Below are positions 47,775 to 57,922 of a stretch of DNA of 64,000 nt, piece by piece. Positions within the stretch are counted from its first letter, which is position 1. Each line of letters opens with the position of its first letter. Source of the DNA: an uncultured Candidatus Saccharibacteria bacterium (lineage in GTDB: Bacteria; Patescibacteriota; Minisyncoccia; Phycocordibacterales; Zambryskibacteraceae); NCBI GenBank assembly GCA_964509605.1, contig CAZDXF010000002.1, positions 89,514 through 153,513 of the forward strand, given 5' to 3'. Position numbers and translations under genes: made by a program. The notes beneath the pieces were generated by a model. It made no database searches. It was given only the letters and a program-made list of their open reading frames with translations, and had not been told where the DNA came from.

Positions 47775-48386
47775 ATGACAAATATTAAAAAAATATTAAT
47801 AGTTTTAGTTGTGGTCATTGTCGCAGTTGTTTTGCTCGCAGTTTTCTCCGGAAAATTTTCGGGAGAGAAAGAAGAAGATCTTTATGTGGCAGAAGTTGTT
47901 AAAGAGCAAGTTCCGGGATTTTACGAAAATGAAACTTTTGGATTTTCGTTCAGATATCCAGAAGAGCTTTTCTTGCAAGAGTCATCCACATCTTCAGTTG
48001 TTCTGATAGAAACACTTGAGTCAAAAGGGGTGATTGTTGAAATAGATGTTATTTCAGCAGAAGGTGTTGATATGCCATTTGAGCAGTTTGCTTTAGATGA
48101 ATCTCGTCTGCTCTGTGGGAAAATTTCACCACTGTTTTTCTGTTCGGAAGTGAGCGATATTTCCTCCTATACAAATGAAAATGGCAAATCGGCCATTAAA
48201 TTTTATGTGACTCTAGAAGAAGACACTTCAGAGGGAAAAACCTCTAGGGAAAAAGGCCCATTTTACGCCTTTAATATTTCAGAAAAGACCGCTGGGAAAA
48301 TGAGTTTTGTTTTGGTGCGTCCACCATTGCATAAAGCCGGCTCAGTAGAGGAAATCAACTTAGTCGCTAAAGAGCTTTCTTTTTAA
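47775..48386 (+). CDS. Hypothetical membrane-anchored protein
   Basis: N-terminal TM (ILIVLVVVIVAVVLLAVF); ATG 1 nt after msrB stop. Confidence 0.4.
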   Translation: MTNIKKILIVLVVVIVAVVLLAVFSGKFSGEKEEDLYVAEVVKEQVPGFYENETFGFSFRYPEELFLQESSTSSVVLIETLESKGVIVEIDVISAEGVDMPFEQFALDESRLLCGKISPLFFCSEVSDISSYTNENGKSAIKFYVTLEEDTSEGKTSREKGPFYAFNISEKTAGKMSFVLVRPPLHKAGSVEEINLVAKELSF

Positions 48387-48503
48387 ATCACTTTGTATTT
48401 TTATTCTTTATTCCTTATCCAAGTCTTTTGAGGTCAGAAGAGAGGTTTTCATGATAAACTATGAATAGAATGGTATTTTGTTGGTGAGCGATAAAATCTA
48501 ATT

Positions 48504-49070
48504 ATGAAAGAAATCGAAATTTTGATAGGAGTAAAAAGTGATAAGGAAACAGCCTTAAAAGCATTAGAAAAATTTGAATCTAAGGGCGTAAGCGAGGTTC
48601 TTGATGTGTATTTAACTAGCTCACTAATCAAAAAACTTGACCCAGATAAAAATGGGAGACTAAGTTACTGTTACCGTGTGAGAGTGCAAGACGGGTTTGG
48701 AAGCGTTGCATACAAAGAAGATGTTTTTAACGAATCAGGAGAATGGCTGTGTTCTAAAGAATATGAGACTGAAGTTAAAGATGTTCGCACCTTAGAGGAG
48801 ATAAACAAACAACTTTTTGGTATGCAAGAACTTGTAAGAATACATAATACAAAACATAAATATCAATTTCAGGACTACGAAATTGTACTAGAAGATGTTG
48901 TTGATCTCGGGCTATTTTTGGAAATTGAAAAACTAACTCAAGTATCTGACGATAAAATCTTAGAGACGAAAGAAGAAATTAGGAATTTTCTTAAAACTTT
49001 AGACATTGAATTTGGTGAGGAACAGAACGCAGGTAAGCCAGAGTTAATGCTGAGAAGGAAAAATAACTAA
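48504..49070 (+). CDS. CYTH-domain protein (triphosphate tunnel metalloenzyme family)
   Basis: N-terminal EIEILIGV (ExExK-type) CYTH signature. Confidence 0.55.
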   Translation: MKEIEILIGVKSDKETALKALEKFESKGVSEVLDVYLTSSLIKKLDPDKNGRLSYCYRVRVQDGFGSVAYKEDVFNESGEWLCSKEYETEVKDVRTLEEINKQLFGMQELVRIHNTKHKYQFQDYEIVLEDVVDLGLFLEIEKLTQVSDDKILETKEEIRNFLKTLDIEFGEEQNAGKPELMLRRKNN

Positions 49071-49180
49071 TACACGAGATCTGTTGTTTAGAGAAACTAA
49101 AACAGAGCCAAACAGAGCAGTTAAAGCTTAGTAGATAAGGATTCTATTTCAAATCGGCCACCACCTTTTCCGAAAGGTGG

Positions 49181-49208
49181 TTGACAAAAAGTGTGTATTT
49201 GCTATAAT
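49181..49208 (+). promoter_or_regulatory. Sigma70-type promoter (TTGACA -16 nt- TATAAT) with a ~115-nt 5' leader
   Basis: Consensus -35 TTGACA (49181-49186), 16-nt spacer and -10 TATAAT (49203-49208). Upstream hairpin CCACCTTTTCCGAAAGGTGG. Confidence 0.6.
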
Positions 49209-49321
49209 TGGGGGTATGTAGGAGGTCTCCCAGGTTTTTGTTTCGCGGTTGTGCCCGATAGAAAAAAGCAAGAGAGTTTTCGTCGCCTTACATCGTTAGA
49301 AGTTTTAGACGAGAAAATAGA

Positions 49322-49606
49322 ATGTCACAGAAATTGTATGTAGGTGGGATCCCGTATTCAAGTACGGAAGATGATCTTCGCACTACATTTGCAGAAGCTG
49401 GTAATGTTACATCTGCTTCTATCATTATTGATAGAATGAGCGGACGCTCAAAAGGATTCGGTTTCGTTGAAATGTCTTCTGAAGAAGAAGCGCAAAAGGC
49501 AATTGACCTTTTCAACGGAAAAGATTTTCAGGGCAGAAAGCTTACAGTAAACATTGCGCGACCTATGCAACCGCGCGCTCCTCGAGAAGGAGGAAACAAT
49601 TGGTAA
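49322..49606 (+). CDS. RRM-type RNA-binding protein
   Basis: RNP2 LYVGGI and RNP1 KGFGFVEM motifs. Confidence 0.85.
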   Translation: MSQKLYVGGIPYSSTEDDLRTTFAEAGNVTSASIIIDRMSGRSKGFGFVEMSSEEEAQKAIDLFNGKDFQGRKLTVNIARPMQPRAPREGGNNW

Positions 49607-49726
49607 TATAAACCACAAAAACTCTCTCCGCAAAAAGCGGAGAGAGTTTTTGTTTGTGATAAAATTTTAATAGAGTCAGTTCTTCGAAACATATTCAAAC
49701 TTCAATCAAATGCGGAGGATGTCACA

Positions 49727-50638
49727 ATGGGAGATCGCCTTTTGCCCGGCAGACTTTCTCTGCCGACCAGATCGCAACGGATAGCAATACTTTTCATTGT
49801 CATTGCTCCGTTTGTTCTCAATCTGTTCGCGCCACTCCTGTGGTATGGTTCGTGGGTTTCTTCGGCCGACTTGATCCAGCTTTTCGTCTGGTACATTGTC
49901 ACCGTTCAAGCAGTGACAGTGAGTTTCCACAGGGAGCTTACTCATCGCTCTCTAACCCTAAAGCCCGTCGCTAGGTATACGCAAGCAATACTCGCGTCCT
50001 TCTCAGTTGAAGGAAAACTTACCGACTGGTGTGCAAGACACAGGATGCATCACGAGTTTTCAGATACCGAGGAAGACCCGCATTCTCCTCACGGATTCGG
50101 TCATGGCGTAATGGCCGTAATCAAGGGCTTTTTCCACTCTCATGTGGGCTGGCTCTTTAAGGAGGGTAAGCCAGATTACAATCGCTACATTCCGGATCTG
50201 CTCAAGGACAGAGGTCTTATGTTGATAGACAAACTCTTTCCTCTTTGGGCAGTGTTGTCGTTTCTTCTGCCAGGTTTGATCGGCCTAATTTTTTCTTGGT
50301 CGGTCAAAGGATTCTTCCTTGGAGTTTTCTGGGGAGGATTCGTGCGAGTGTTTCTTGTTCACCACATAACTTGGAGCATCAACTCTGTCTGTCATCTGTG
50401 GGGAACGAAACCATTTCGTTCAGACGATGAGAGCGTCAACAATCCGGTGTTCGGAATTCTCGGAGGCGGAGAGGGTTGGCACAAGAATCATCACGCATTT
50501 CCTTGGTCCGCAAGAATCGGTTTGCGTTTCTGGGAAGTGGACCTGGGTTGGTATGTAATCAGACTTCTCAACTTCTTCGGGCTCGTTGAAAAACTTCGAG
50601 TGCCGAATGAGAGTCAGATATTGTTGAAGAAGGTGTAG
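49727..50638 (+). CDS. Membrane fatty-acid (acyl-lipid/acyl-CoA) desaturase
   Basis: Three His boxes HRELTH, HRMHHEF, HKNHHAF. Confidence 0.8.
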   Translation: MGDRLLPGRLSLPTRSQRIAILFIVIAPFVLNLFAPLLWYGSWVSSADLIQLFVWYIVTVQAVTVSFHRELTHRSLTLKPVARYTQAILASFSVEGKLTDWCARHRMHHEFSDTEEDPHSPHGFGHGVMAVIKGFFHSHVGWLFKEGKPDYNRYIPDLLKDRGLMLIDKLFPLWAVLSFLLPGLIGLIFSWSVKGFFLGVFWGGFVRVFLVHHITWSINSVCHLWGTKPFRSDDESVNNPVFGILGGGEGWHKNHHAFPWSARIGLRFWEVDLGWYVIRLLNFFGLVEKLRVPNESQILLKKV

Positions 50639-50739
50639 TTTGAATTGGGAAACGCCTCACGAAGTTGTGGGGCGTTTTTCTTTTAGCTCAAATTCTCGTG
50701 ATATGATTTACATTGTTTGCTTTAATATAAGATAAATTA

Positions 50740-51231
50740 ATGTTTCATTCTTTTTTTTACAAACTTGAAAGAGTCATTATTGGCCTCGTTGTTATTGTTT
50801 TTGTTTTTTCTTTATTTGCTCTTGTAAATCAGTTTAGTAAAAAAGAGTCCGTGGTTGAAATCAAAACTTTAGATTTTGTTTATCCGGCAAAAATTGGAGA
50901 AAAAAATATTTGGTTGGCAAAGGCAGAGACGGAAAAAGAAAGGATTACCGGGCTTTCTGGACAAAATCAACTGGAAGACAACCAAGGGCTTCTTTTTATT
51001 TTTGATTTTCCTGCAAAATATTCAATATGGATGAAGGATATGAAATTTTCAATAGATGTTTTTTGGTTGGATGAAGAAATGAGAATAATTTTTATAGAAA
51101 AAGGATTTTCTCCGAACTCTTTTCCCAGAGCCGTTGCTCCACCTGCTCCAGCCAAGTTTGTTTTGGAAACAAATAGCGGTTTTGCCGATTTGAATGAAAT
51201 TCAAATAGGGGACAGGTTGGAAATTTTTTAA
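50740..51231 (+). CDS. DUF192-family protein (COG1430)
   Basis: N-terminal TM; GLLFIFD...SIWMKDMKFSIDVFWLD pattern. Confidence 0.6.
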   Translation: MFHSFFYKLERVIIGLVVIVFVFSLFALVNQFSKKESVVEIKTLDFVYPAKIGEKNIWLAKAETEKERITGLSGQNQLEDNQGLLFIFDFPAKYSIWMKDMKFSIDVFWLDEEMRIIFIEKGFSPNSFPRAVAPPAPAKFVLETNSGFADLNEIQIGDRLEIF

Positions 51232-51501
51232 AATAGCCTCCAAAATTTTTTGTTTTTAAGCCGTAATTGAGGAGATGTTCTTTACACGAGGACTTTTTTG
51301 TTTCGTGAAGTCCTAAAAACCGTTATCCACATGATTAAATAGGGGAGCTTTTCGGTAAAATAATACTACTTAATTACCGGTTTTTGATAATTTTCAGAAA
51401 ATTCATTTTTTATTAATTTTTTACGAAAAATTAATAAAAAAAGTTTATTTTTGAAAATTTTTTACAACTTTATAAGCTTTTTTAATCGGATCAATAATTT
51501 T

Positions 51502-54045
51502 ATGCCACTTACAATTACCAAAAGAGACGGAACAAAAGAACCATTCAATGCGGATAGAATAAATAGATCGATTGAAAGAGCGTGTTTAGGTCTCACTGAT
51601 CCAATCGCAAAAGTTACACAGATTGCAACAGAAACAAATCTCACTTTATACGACGGGATTACAACCGAAGAAATGGATCAAGCGACAATAAACGCTTCGG
51701 TTCAAAACATAAAAGAAGATATTGAGTATGACAAAGTGGCGACCAGACTTCTTTTAAAAACAATTTATAAAAAAGTTGTTGGTGAATATGAGAACGAACA
51801 AAAACTTTTAGAAAAAAGACACAGAGAAGCTTTTGAAGAGTACATCACAAAAGGAATTGAGTTGGGTAAGCTCGATCCTCAGATGAAAGAAAAGTTTAAT
51901 CTCAAAGAGCTTTCTCAAAAAATAGATTTATCTCGCGACGAACTTTTTCTTTATGCAGGTCTTTCAAGTCTGTTGGACAGATACATTATTAAAGATGTAA
52001 AGAATGTTCCTTTGGAAACTCCACAATATTTTTTTATGAGAGTTGCGATGGGCCTTTCTTACAATGAAAAAAATCCCACAGAGTGGGCGAAAAAATTTTA
52101 CGACAAAATGTCTCGTATGGAATATCTTGCCGGAGGATCTTGCAATCTTGGTGCTGGAACGACGAGACCATCTCTTTCAAATTGTATTCTTCTTGAAATT
52201 CACGATGATATGGAGCATATTGCAAAGTCTGTTGCTGATGTAATGCTACTTTCAAAAGCTTCTGCGGGCATTGGAGCTTCAGTTACCAAGCTTCGTGCTT
52301 CCGGCTCACCTTTGCTTTCTGCAGGAGGGACTTCTACCGGACCAACGACTTTTGCAAAAATATTTGACACTGCTATCAGGGCAATTCAAAGGGGAGGAAA
52401 AAAGAAAGGAGCTCTTTGTTTTTATATGGAAAACTGGCATTTGGATTTTCCAGAATTTATTGACTGGAAACACAATGCTGGTGACGACTATTTGAGGATG
52501 AGAACAGCAAATACAGCGGCATTTATATCCGATGAATTTATGACAAGGGTGGAAAAGGGTGAAGAATGGTACCTTTTTGATCCAAAAGACGTTCCGGATC
52601 TAAACGAGCTCTATGGGCAAGAGTTTTCTAAAAGATACAGAGAATACATTGCTTTGGCGGAACAGGGCAAAATGCGAACATTTAAGAAAATGCCGGCAAC
52701 AGAGCTCTTTAGAAAGATGCTAGTATCTTTACAGACGACTTCTCATCCTTGGATTACTTGGAAAGACCCAATAAATGTGCGCGCGCTTAATAACAATACA
52801 GGCACAATTCATATGTCCAATTTGTGCACTGAGATTTGTCTACCACAAGACAGAGAAAATATCGCGGTTTGTAATCTCGCATCTCTAAATCTCTCTGCTC
52901 ATGTAAGTGATAAGCAAGTGAATTGGCAGAAACTTGAAGATACTGTGAGAACTGCTGTCAGGTTTTTAGACAATCTAATAGACATAAACAAACTTCCTCT
53001 CCCAGAAGCCAGAAAATCCGACAAAGAAAACCGCGCAGTCGGTCTAGGTGTGATGGGCCTTGCAGATGTTTTTGAAAAACTAGGCCTCGCTTATGACAGT
53101 GAGCACGCATACAATTTCACAGATAGGATTTTTGAGTTCATTAGTTATATGGCAATTGATGAAAGTGCAAATCTAGCAAAAGAAAGAGGAAACTATAAAA
53201 ATTTTGAAGGTTCACGCTGGTCAAAGGGACTTGTTCCATTTGATACTTTGGAAGTTTTAGAAAAAGAAAGAAAAATTATTTTAGATTTGGATAAGACTAG
53301 CCATCACAAAGGTCTTGATTGGAATCTTATTAGAGAAAAAGTTAAAAAGGGGATGAGAAATGCGACACTAATGGCTGTTGCGCCAAATGCAAACATCGGT
53401 CTTGTTGCTGGAACTGTGCCGGGAATGGATGCGAGATTTTCTCAAGTTTTTTCAAGAAATAAAACTTCCGGAAAATATTTGGATCTTAATCACAACTTGG
53501 TTAAAGATTTAAAAAATATGGGTCTTTGGGATGAGGTAAAAGAAGTTATTATTGAGCGACAAGGAGATATTTCTGGAATAGAAGGAATCCCTCAACACAT
53601 AAAAGAAATTTACAAAACTTCTTTCACAACTTCTCCGTATGCCTATATAGAAGTGGCGGCTCGAGCTCAGAAATGGGTTGATCAGGCAATTTCTAGGAAT
53701 ATGTATTTAGAGACTAGAGATATAGATGAGACTATAAAAATATACTCAACTGCTTGGAGAAAGGGAGTGAAGACTACATATTATCTCCATATGAAGCCGA
53801 GACACTCTGCCGAACAATCTACAATCAGAGTAAATAAGGCTGAAGCTATGGGTAAAAGGGGTTTTGCAGCTCTCTCTAGCTTGAAAGATTCCCCGTCCTT
53901 TAAGACGCCGGTTTCTGAACCGGTTGAGTCTGGCGTTGTGGTTTCTGTCGCTCCAAAACAGGCGGAAATGGTTAAAAAAACAAATCAAAAAGACGGAGCA
54001 CCGTCTGATCCGCAAGAGAGATTTGTGTGCGATAGTTGTCAGTAA
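51502..54045 (+). CDS. nrdA: Ribonucleoside-diphosphate reductase class I alpha subunit
   Basis: N-terminal ATP-cone (ITKRDGTKEPFNADRI); active-site NLCTEI; followed by nrdB. ATG at 51502 preferred over the TTG at 51451. Confidence 0.85.
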   Translation: MPLTITKRDGTKEPFNADRINRSIERACLGLTDPIAKVTQIATETNLTLYDGITTEEMDQATINASVQNIKEDIEYDKVATRLLLKTIYKKVVGEYENEQKLLEKRHREAFEEYITKGIELGKLDPQMKEKFNLKELSQKIDLSRDELFLYAGLSSLLDRYIIKDVKNVPLETPQYFFMRVAMGLSYNEKNPTEWAKKFYDKMSRMEYLAGGSCNLGAGTTRPSLSNCILLEIHDDMEHIAKSVADVMLLSKASAGIGASVTKLRASGSPLLSAGGTSTGPTTFAKIFDTAIRAIQRGGKKKGALCFYMENWHLDFPEFIDWKHNAGDDYLRMRTANTAAFISDEFMTRVEKGEEWYLFDPKDVPDLNELYGQEFSKRYREYIALAEQGKMRTFKKMPATELFRKMLVSLQTTSHPWITWKDPINVRALNNNTGTIHMSNLCTEICLPQDRENIAVCNLASLNLSAHVSDKQVNWQKLEDTVRTAVRFLDNLIDINKLPLPEARKSDKENRAVGLGVMGLADVFEKLGLAYDSEHAYNFTDRIFEFISYMAIDESANLAKERGNYKNFEGSRWSKGLVPFDTLEVLEKERKIILDLDKTSHHKGLDWNLIREKVKKGMRNATLMAVAPNANIGLVAGTVPGMDARFSQVFSRNKTSGKYLDLNHNLVKDLKNMGLWDEVKEVIIERQGDISGIEGIPQHIKEIYKTSFTTSPYAYIEVAARAQKWVDQAISRNMYLETRDIDETIKIYSTAWRKGVKTTYYLHMKPRHSAEQSTIRVNKAEAMGKRGFAALSSLKDSPSFKTPVSEPVESGVVVSVAPKQAEMVKKTNQKDGAPSDPQERFVCDSCQ

Positions 54046-54069
54046 TTATAATTTTTTAATTAAATAAAT

Positions 54070-55083
54070 ATGCTAATAGGAAAAGCTTCTCCGGAAGATA
54101 TGAATTTGCACCCCATAAGATATAAATGGGCTTACGACTTGTACAATCAGGCGGTCAGAAATACTTGGTTTCCTCACGAAATCGCGCTAAAAGAAGATAT
54201 TCACGATTGGGAAAAGATGACAGAAGATGAACGCCATGCAGTAAAGTTTTTGATGGCATTTTTTAATCCGGCAGAGCTTATTGTAAACAGATCCATAGCA
54301 CTTGGGATTTATCCATATCTCAAATCTCCAGAATGTCATCTTTATCTTGCTAAGCAAATGTGGGAAGAAGCAAATCACTGTGTTGCTTTTGAATATGTAT
54401 TGGAAACTTTTCCGTTTTTTGACAGAGACAAAATTTTCAATTTGCACCTAGATGTTCCTTCAATGCAAGCGAAAGAAAATTATATAAATCGCTATATGAA
54501 GAGGATGACGGAAGAGTCTCTAAATATTGAAACCCCTGATGGAAAAAAAGATTTTGTCAGAAATTTAGTCGCGACAAATATCGTGATGGAAGGTATTTGG
54601 TTTTACTCTGGTTTTATGGTTGCGCTTTCTTTTAGACAGAGAAATGTTTTGAGAAACTTTGGTTCGATGATCAACTGGGTTTTGAGAGATGAGTCTTTGC
54701 ATTTGAAATTTGGAATGAATTTAATTCACAATATTCTGGAAGAAAATCCTGAGCTTTTAACAGAAGAGTTTGCAAAAGAGATTAGAGATATTGTGATAGA
54801 AGGTGTTGATCTTGAAACTTTATACAATAAAGATTTATTTCCAAACGGAATTTTGGGGCTAAATGCCGACTATGTAAATCAGTATGTCCAATATGTTGCG
54901 GACAGACGCTTGGAAGAGCTCGGACTTCCAAAACACTATAATGTGACGAATCCTGCAAAATGGATGAGCGCGGCGACCGATGTGTTTGAACTGGTCAACT
55001 TTTTTGAATCCCAAAACACTAGCTATGAAGTAGATGTGCAGGCTCACACAGAAAAAAAGAAGGAAGATAAGAAAGACGAGTAG
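54070..55083 (+). CDS. nrdB: Ribonucleoside-diphosphate reductase class I beta subunit
   Basis: Ferritin-like di-iron ligands (EEANHCVAFEYVL region); C-terminal acidic tail. Confidence 0.85.
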   Translation: MLIGKASPEDMNLHPIRYKWAYDLYNQAVRNTWFPHEIALKEDIHDWEKMTEDERHAVKFLMAFFNPAELIVNRSIALGIYPYLKSPECHLYLAKQMWEEANHCVAFEYVLETFPFFDRDKIFNLHLDVPSMQAKENYINRYMKRMTEESLNIETPDGKKDFVRNLVATNIVMEGIWFYSGFMVALSFRQRNVLRNFGSMINWVLRDESLHLKFGMNLIHNILEENPELLTEEFAKEIRDIVIEGVDLETLYNKDLFPNGILGLNADYVNQYVQYVADRRLEELGLPKHYNVTNPAKWMSAATDVFELVNFFESQNTSYEVDVQAHTEKKKEDKKDE

Positions 55084-55140
55084 TTTACTTTTTCGTCTTT
55101 TTGGATAAATTTAATATAGAACCCTCACAAGGAGAAAGCT

Positions 55141-55341
55141 GTGTCCGAGAAGCGTTGTCGAGTTTGTGGAGGCAAGCTGATTTCCTCTGAAAGGTCTTTT
55201 GAGACCACTACGGAGAGACCTCTAGAGGGGATCAGGGCTGGAGTTGGCGGAATGAAACTTCGCGGAACTGTGGTTGTTGCCGTGATCTCATGCGTTTCTT
55301 GTGGGCTTATGTATGATCTCAAGGCAGTATCAGAAAAATAG
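55141..55341 (+). CDS. Small GC-rich zinc-ribbon protein (GTG start)
   Basis: CRVCGG...CVSCG zinc ribbon; AAGGAGA SD; followed by a terminator; GC-rich relative to flanks. Confidence 0.4.
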   Translation: MSEKRCRVCGGKLISSERSFETTTERPLEGIRAGVGGMKLRGTVVVAVISCVSCGLMYDLKAVSEK

Positions 55342-55346
55342 AACTG

Positions 55347-55371
55347 GGGCGAGCGCAAGCTCGCCTTTTGT
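55347..55371 (+). terminator. Rho-independent terminator
   Basis: GGCGAGC-gcaa-GCTCGCC followed by TTTTG. Confidence 0.75.
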
Positions 55372-55406
55372 TATAATATAAGACATATAATTTAATCGTT
55401 AAATAA

Positions 55407-56438
55407 ATGAAAAAAATCAGAGTTGCTATAAATGGAGCGGGTCGTATTGGTAGGGCTTTTATGAAAGTTGCTCACGAAAGACCTGAAATAGACATTGTTG
55501 CTATAAATGATTTGGGAGATGCGCAAAATATTGCATATCTAATAAAATACGATTCAGTTTATGGAAAAGCCCCCTTTGATGTGAGTGTGGGTGATGATGG
55601 AAAGAAAATTGTTTTGGGGAAAGACGAAACGATCTTTCTTTCCGAAAAAGAACCAGCAAATCTTCCTTGGAAAGATTTGGACATAGATGTTGTTGTTGAG
55701 TCCACGGGTTTTTTCACAAGTTTTGAAAAAGCAAAAGCACATCTTGATGCTGGCGCGAAGAAAGTGGTGGTAACAGCACCAATGAAAGATGATCCTAATC
55801 CTGAAGTTCCTGGCGCCACGATTCTTATGGGGGTAAATGAAGAAAAACTCTCAACATGTGTTATTAGTTCCAATGCATCTTGCACCACAAACTCTGCGAG
55901 CCCTCTTATTGCCATACTTGATGAAGCGCTGGGAATTGAAAAAGCGATTTTAAATACTGTCCATGGATATACAGCAACCCAGTCTCTTGTTGATGGTCCT
56001 GCAAAAAAAGGATTTCGTGAAGGCAGAGCGGCAGCACAAAACATCGTGCCGTCTTCAACGGGCGCTGCAATTGCTGTGACTAAAGCATTTCCAAAGCTTG
56101 AAGGACTTTTTGACGGGGTTTCTATGAGGGTTCCGGTAATTGCTGGCTCCATTGTTGATGTTACTTTCATTTCAAAAAAAGAAACGACAAAAGAAGAAGT
56201 AAATGAAATTTTGAAAAAAGCTTCTAAAGAAGAAAGATGGAAAGGGGTTTTCACTATCACAGAAGAAGAACTGGTCTCAAGCGATATATTGGGAAGTCCG
56301 TACGGCTCAATTGCTGATTTGGATTTAACTCGAGTTATTGGTGGAAATTTGGTAAAGGTTTGTGCTTGGTACGACAACGAAATGGGGTATACCTACACGC
56401 TCGTTGAACATGTGGTTAAGGCAGGAAAAAACTCCTAA
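55407..56438 (+). CDS. gap: Glyceraldehyde-3-phosphate dehydrogenase
   Basis: NAD-binding INGAGRIGR; catalytic SNASCTTN. Confidence 0.9.
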   Translation: MKKIRVAINGAGRIGRAFMKVAHERPEIDIVAINDLGDAQNIAYLIKYDSVYGKAPFDVSVGDDGKKIVLGKDETIFLSEKEPANLPWKDLDIDVVVESTGFFTSFEKAKAHLDAGAKKVVVTAPMKDDPNPEVPGATILMGVNEEKLSTCVISSNASCTTNSASPLIAILDEALGIEKAILNTVHGYTATQSLVDGPAKKGFREGRAAAQNIVPSSTGAAIAVTKAFPKLEGLFDGVSMRVPVIAGSIVDVTFISKKETTKEEVNEILKKASKEERWKGVFTITEEELVSSDILGSPYGSIADLDLTRVIGGNLVKVCAWYDNEMGYTYTLVEHVVKAGKNS

Positions 56439-56464
56439 TCTTCGTATATAATAAGGGAATGAAT

Positions 56465-56745
56465 CCCGTTAGAGATCAATAATTATTTATGTTTTCTTAT
56501 ATCTACATAATTAGAAATTCTAAGGGTCGTTTTTATACGGGAAGTACAAATAATCTACGGAAACGCTTGAGCCAGCATAATCAAGGAAAATCAACATATA
56601 CTAGAAGCCTTGGTCCTTGGAAATTGGTATACTTTGAAGGTGGTATAAACGAAGATGACACTCGGTCGAGAGAATTATTTCTTAAATCTGGGATGGGTAA
56701 GCGCCATGTCAAAAATAGACTCAAGCGTTTCCTATCTCTAACGGG
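56465..56745. mobile_element. 281-bp GIY-YIG-encoding mini element with 12-bp TIRs (copy A)
   Basis: TIRs CCCGTTAGAGAT / ATCTCTAACGGG. About 99% identical to the copy at 61419..61699. Right end abuts the rpiB ATG. Confidence 0.75.
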
Positions 56746-56749
56746 ATGA
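56489..56749 (+). CDS. GIY-YIG nuclease-superfamily small protein (element-encoded)
   Basis: YIYIIRNSKGRFYTGSTNNLRKRLSQHN GIY-YIG core. TGA stop at 56747-56749 overlaps the rpiB ATG (ATGA). Confidence 0.75.
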   Translation: MFSYIYIIRNSKGRFYTGSTNNLRKRLSQHNQGKSTYTRSLGPWKLVYFEGGINEDDTRSRELFLKSGMGKRHVKNRLKRFLSLTG

Positions 56750-57216
56750 AGATTTACATCGGTACAGACCACGCTGGTCTTGCCCAAAAGGAAAAAATAG
56801 CTGAATACTTGAGAGAAAACGGATATGATGTCGTAGATCAGGGGGCCCACGAATATGATGAAGAAGACGATTACCCCGACTACATAATTCCTGTTGCCAG
56901 AGAAGTTTCCAGAAACCCACAGAATGCCAAGGGTATAATTTTGGGTGGTTCCGGACAGGGAGAGGCAATATGCGCAAACAGGTTTGCGAATGTGAGAGCC
57001 GCTCTCTTTTATGGGCAAAGAATGTCTCTTACGAGCAATGTTTCAAATCTAGAGCTTTCGCGATCTCACAATGATGCGAATATTCTGGCCATAGGTTCAA
57101 GATTTGTCACGGACGAAGAAGCTCTTCAAGCGGTTCGCATTTGGCTAGATACTCCATTTTCAAATGGAGAAAGACATAAAAGAAGAATAAATAAAATAGA
57201 TTCACACCCCCATTAA
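56746..57216 (+). CDS. rpiB: Ribose-5-phosphate isomerase B
   Basis: MKIYIGTDHAGLAQKEKIAEYL RpiB/LacAB signature. Confidence 0.85.
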   Translation: MKIYIGTDHAGLAQKEKIAEYLRENGYDVVDQGAHEYDEEDDYPDYIIPVAREVSRNPQNAKGIILGGSGQGEAICANRFANVRAALFYGQRMSLTSNVSNLELSRSHNDANILAIGSRFVTDEEALQAVRIWLDTPFSNGERHKRRINKIDSHPH

Positions 57217-57217
57217 A

Positions 57218-57922
57218 ATGGCAGAGGTAATTCCAGCAATAATTCCCAGAAATTTTGATGATTTAAAAGAGAAGATGTCTCTTGTTGTTGGAACGGTGCC
57301 GCTTGTTCAAGTAGATGTTTTAGATGGAAAGCTTACATCCGGAAAATCTTGGCCGTACACCAAAGACCCAGACCCAGATTTTGTAAAAATTTTAAAAGAG
57401 GAAGAAGGTTTCCCATTTTGGGAAGATTTGGATTTTGAAGTTGATTTGATGGTTAGCAATCCGGAAATGATCTTAGGAGACTGGGTTATTGCAGGCGCAA
57501 GGAGAATAATAGTTCACATTGAATCTTTTGGAGATAATCAAAAAGCTTCAAAAGCGATTTCAGATTTTAAAGAAAAATTTGGAGTGCCCGGCTCTCCTTT
57601 GGATATTGAGATTGGTTTGGCTGTGGGTATTGAGACTGGGGAAGAGATGTATTTGAGTGTTTTAGAAAACGCGGACTTCGTGCAGTTTATGGGAATAGCC
57701 CAAATCGGAAAACAGGGCGAGCCTTTTGATGATCGAGTATTAGAAAAAATATCCTCACTTCGCAAGCAAAGTGGAAGTGTTATTATTAGCGTAGATGGTG
57801 GAGTAAATTTAGAATCCGCACCCCTTCTTGTGTCTGCTGGAGCCAACAGGCTTGTTGCAGGGTCTGCCATATTTGAAAGTGAAGACATATCTCTAGCGAT
57901 TGAAGATTTTAAAAATATATAA
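57218..57922 (+). CDS. rpe: Ribulose-phosphate 3-epimerase family protein
   Basis: TIM-barrel RPE-like pattern (VQVDVLDG...); context rpiB-rpe-tkt. Confidence 0.6.
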   Translation: MAEVIPAIIPRNFDDLKEKMSLVVGTVPLVQVDVLDGKLTSGKSWPYTKDPDPDFVKILKEEEGFPFWEDLDFEVDLMVSNPEMILGDWVIAGARRIIVHIESFGDNQKASKAISDFKEKFGVPGSPLDIEIGLAVGIETGEEMYLSVLENADFVQFMGIAQIGKQGEPFDDRVLEKISSLRKQSGSVIISVDGGVNLESAPLLVSAGANRLVAGSAIFESEDISLAIEDFKNI

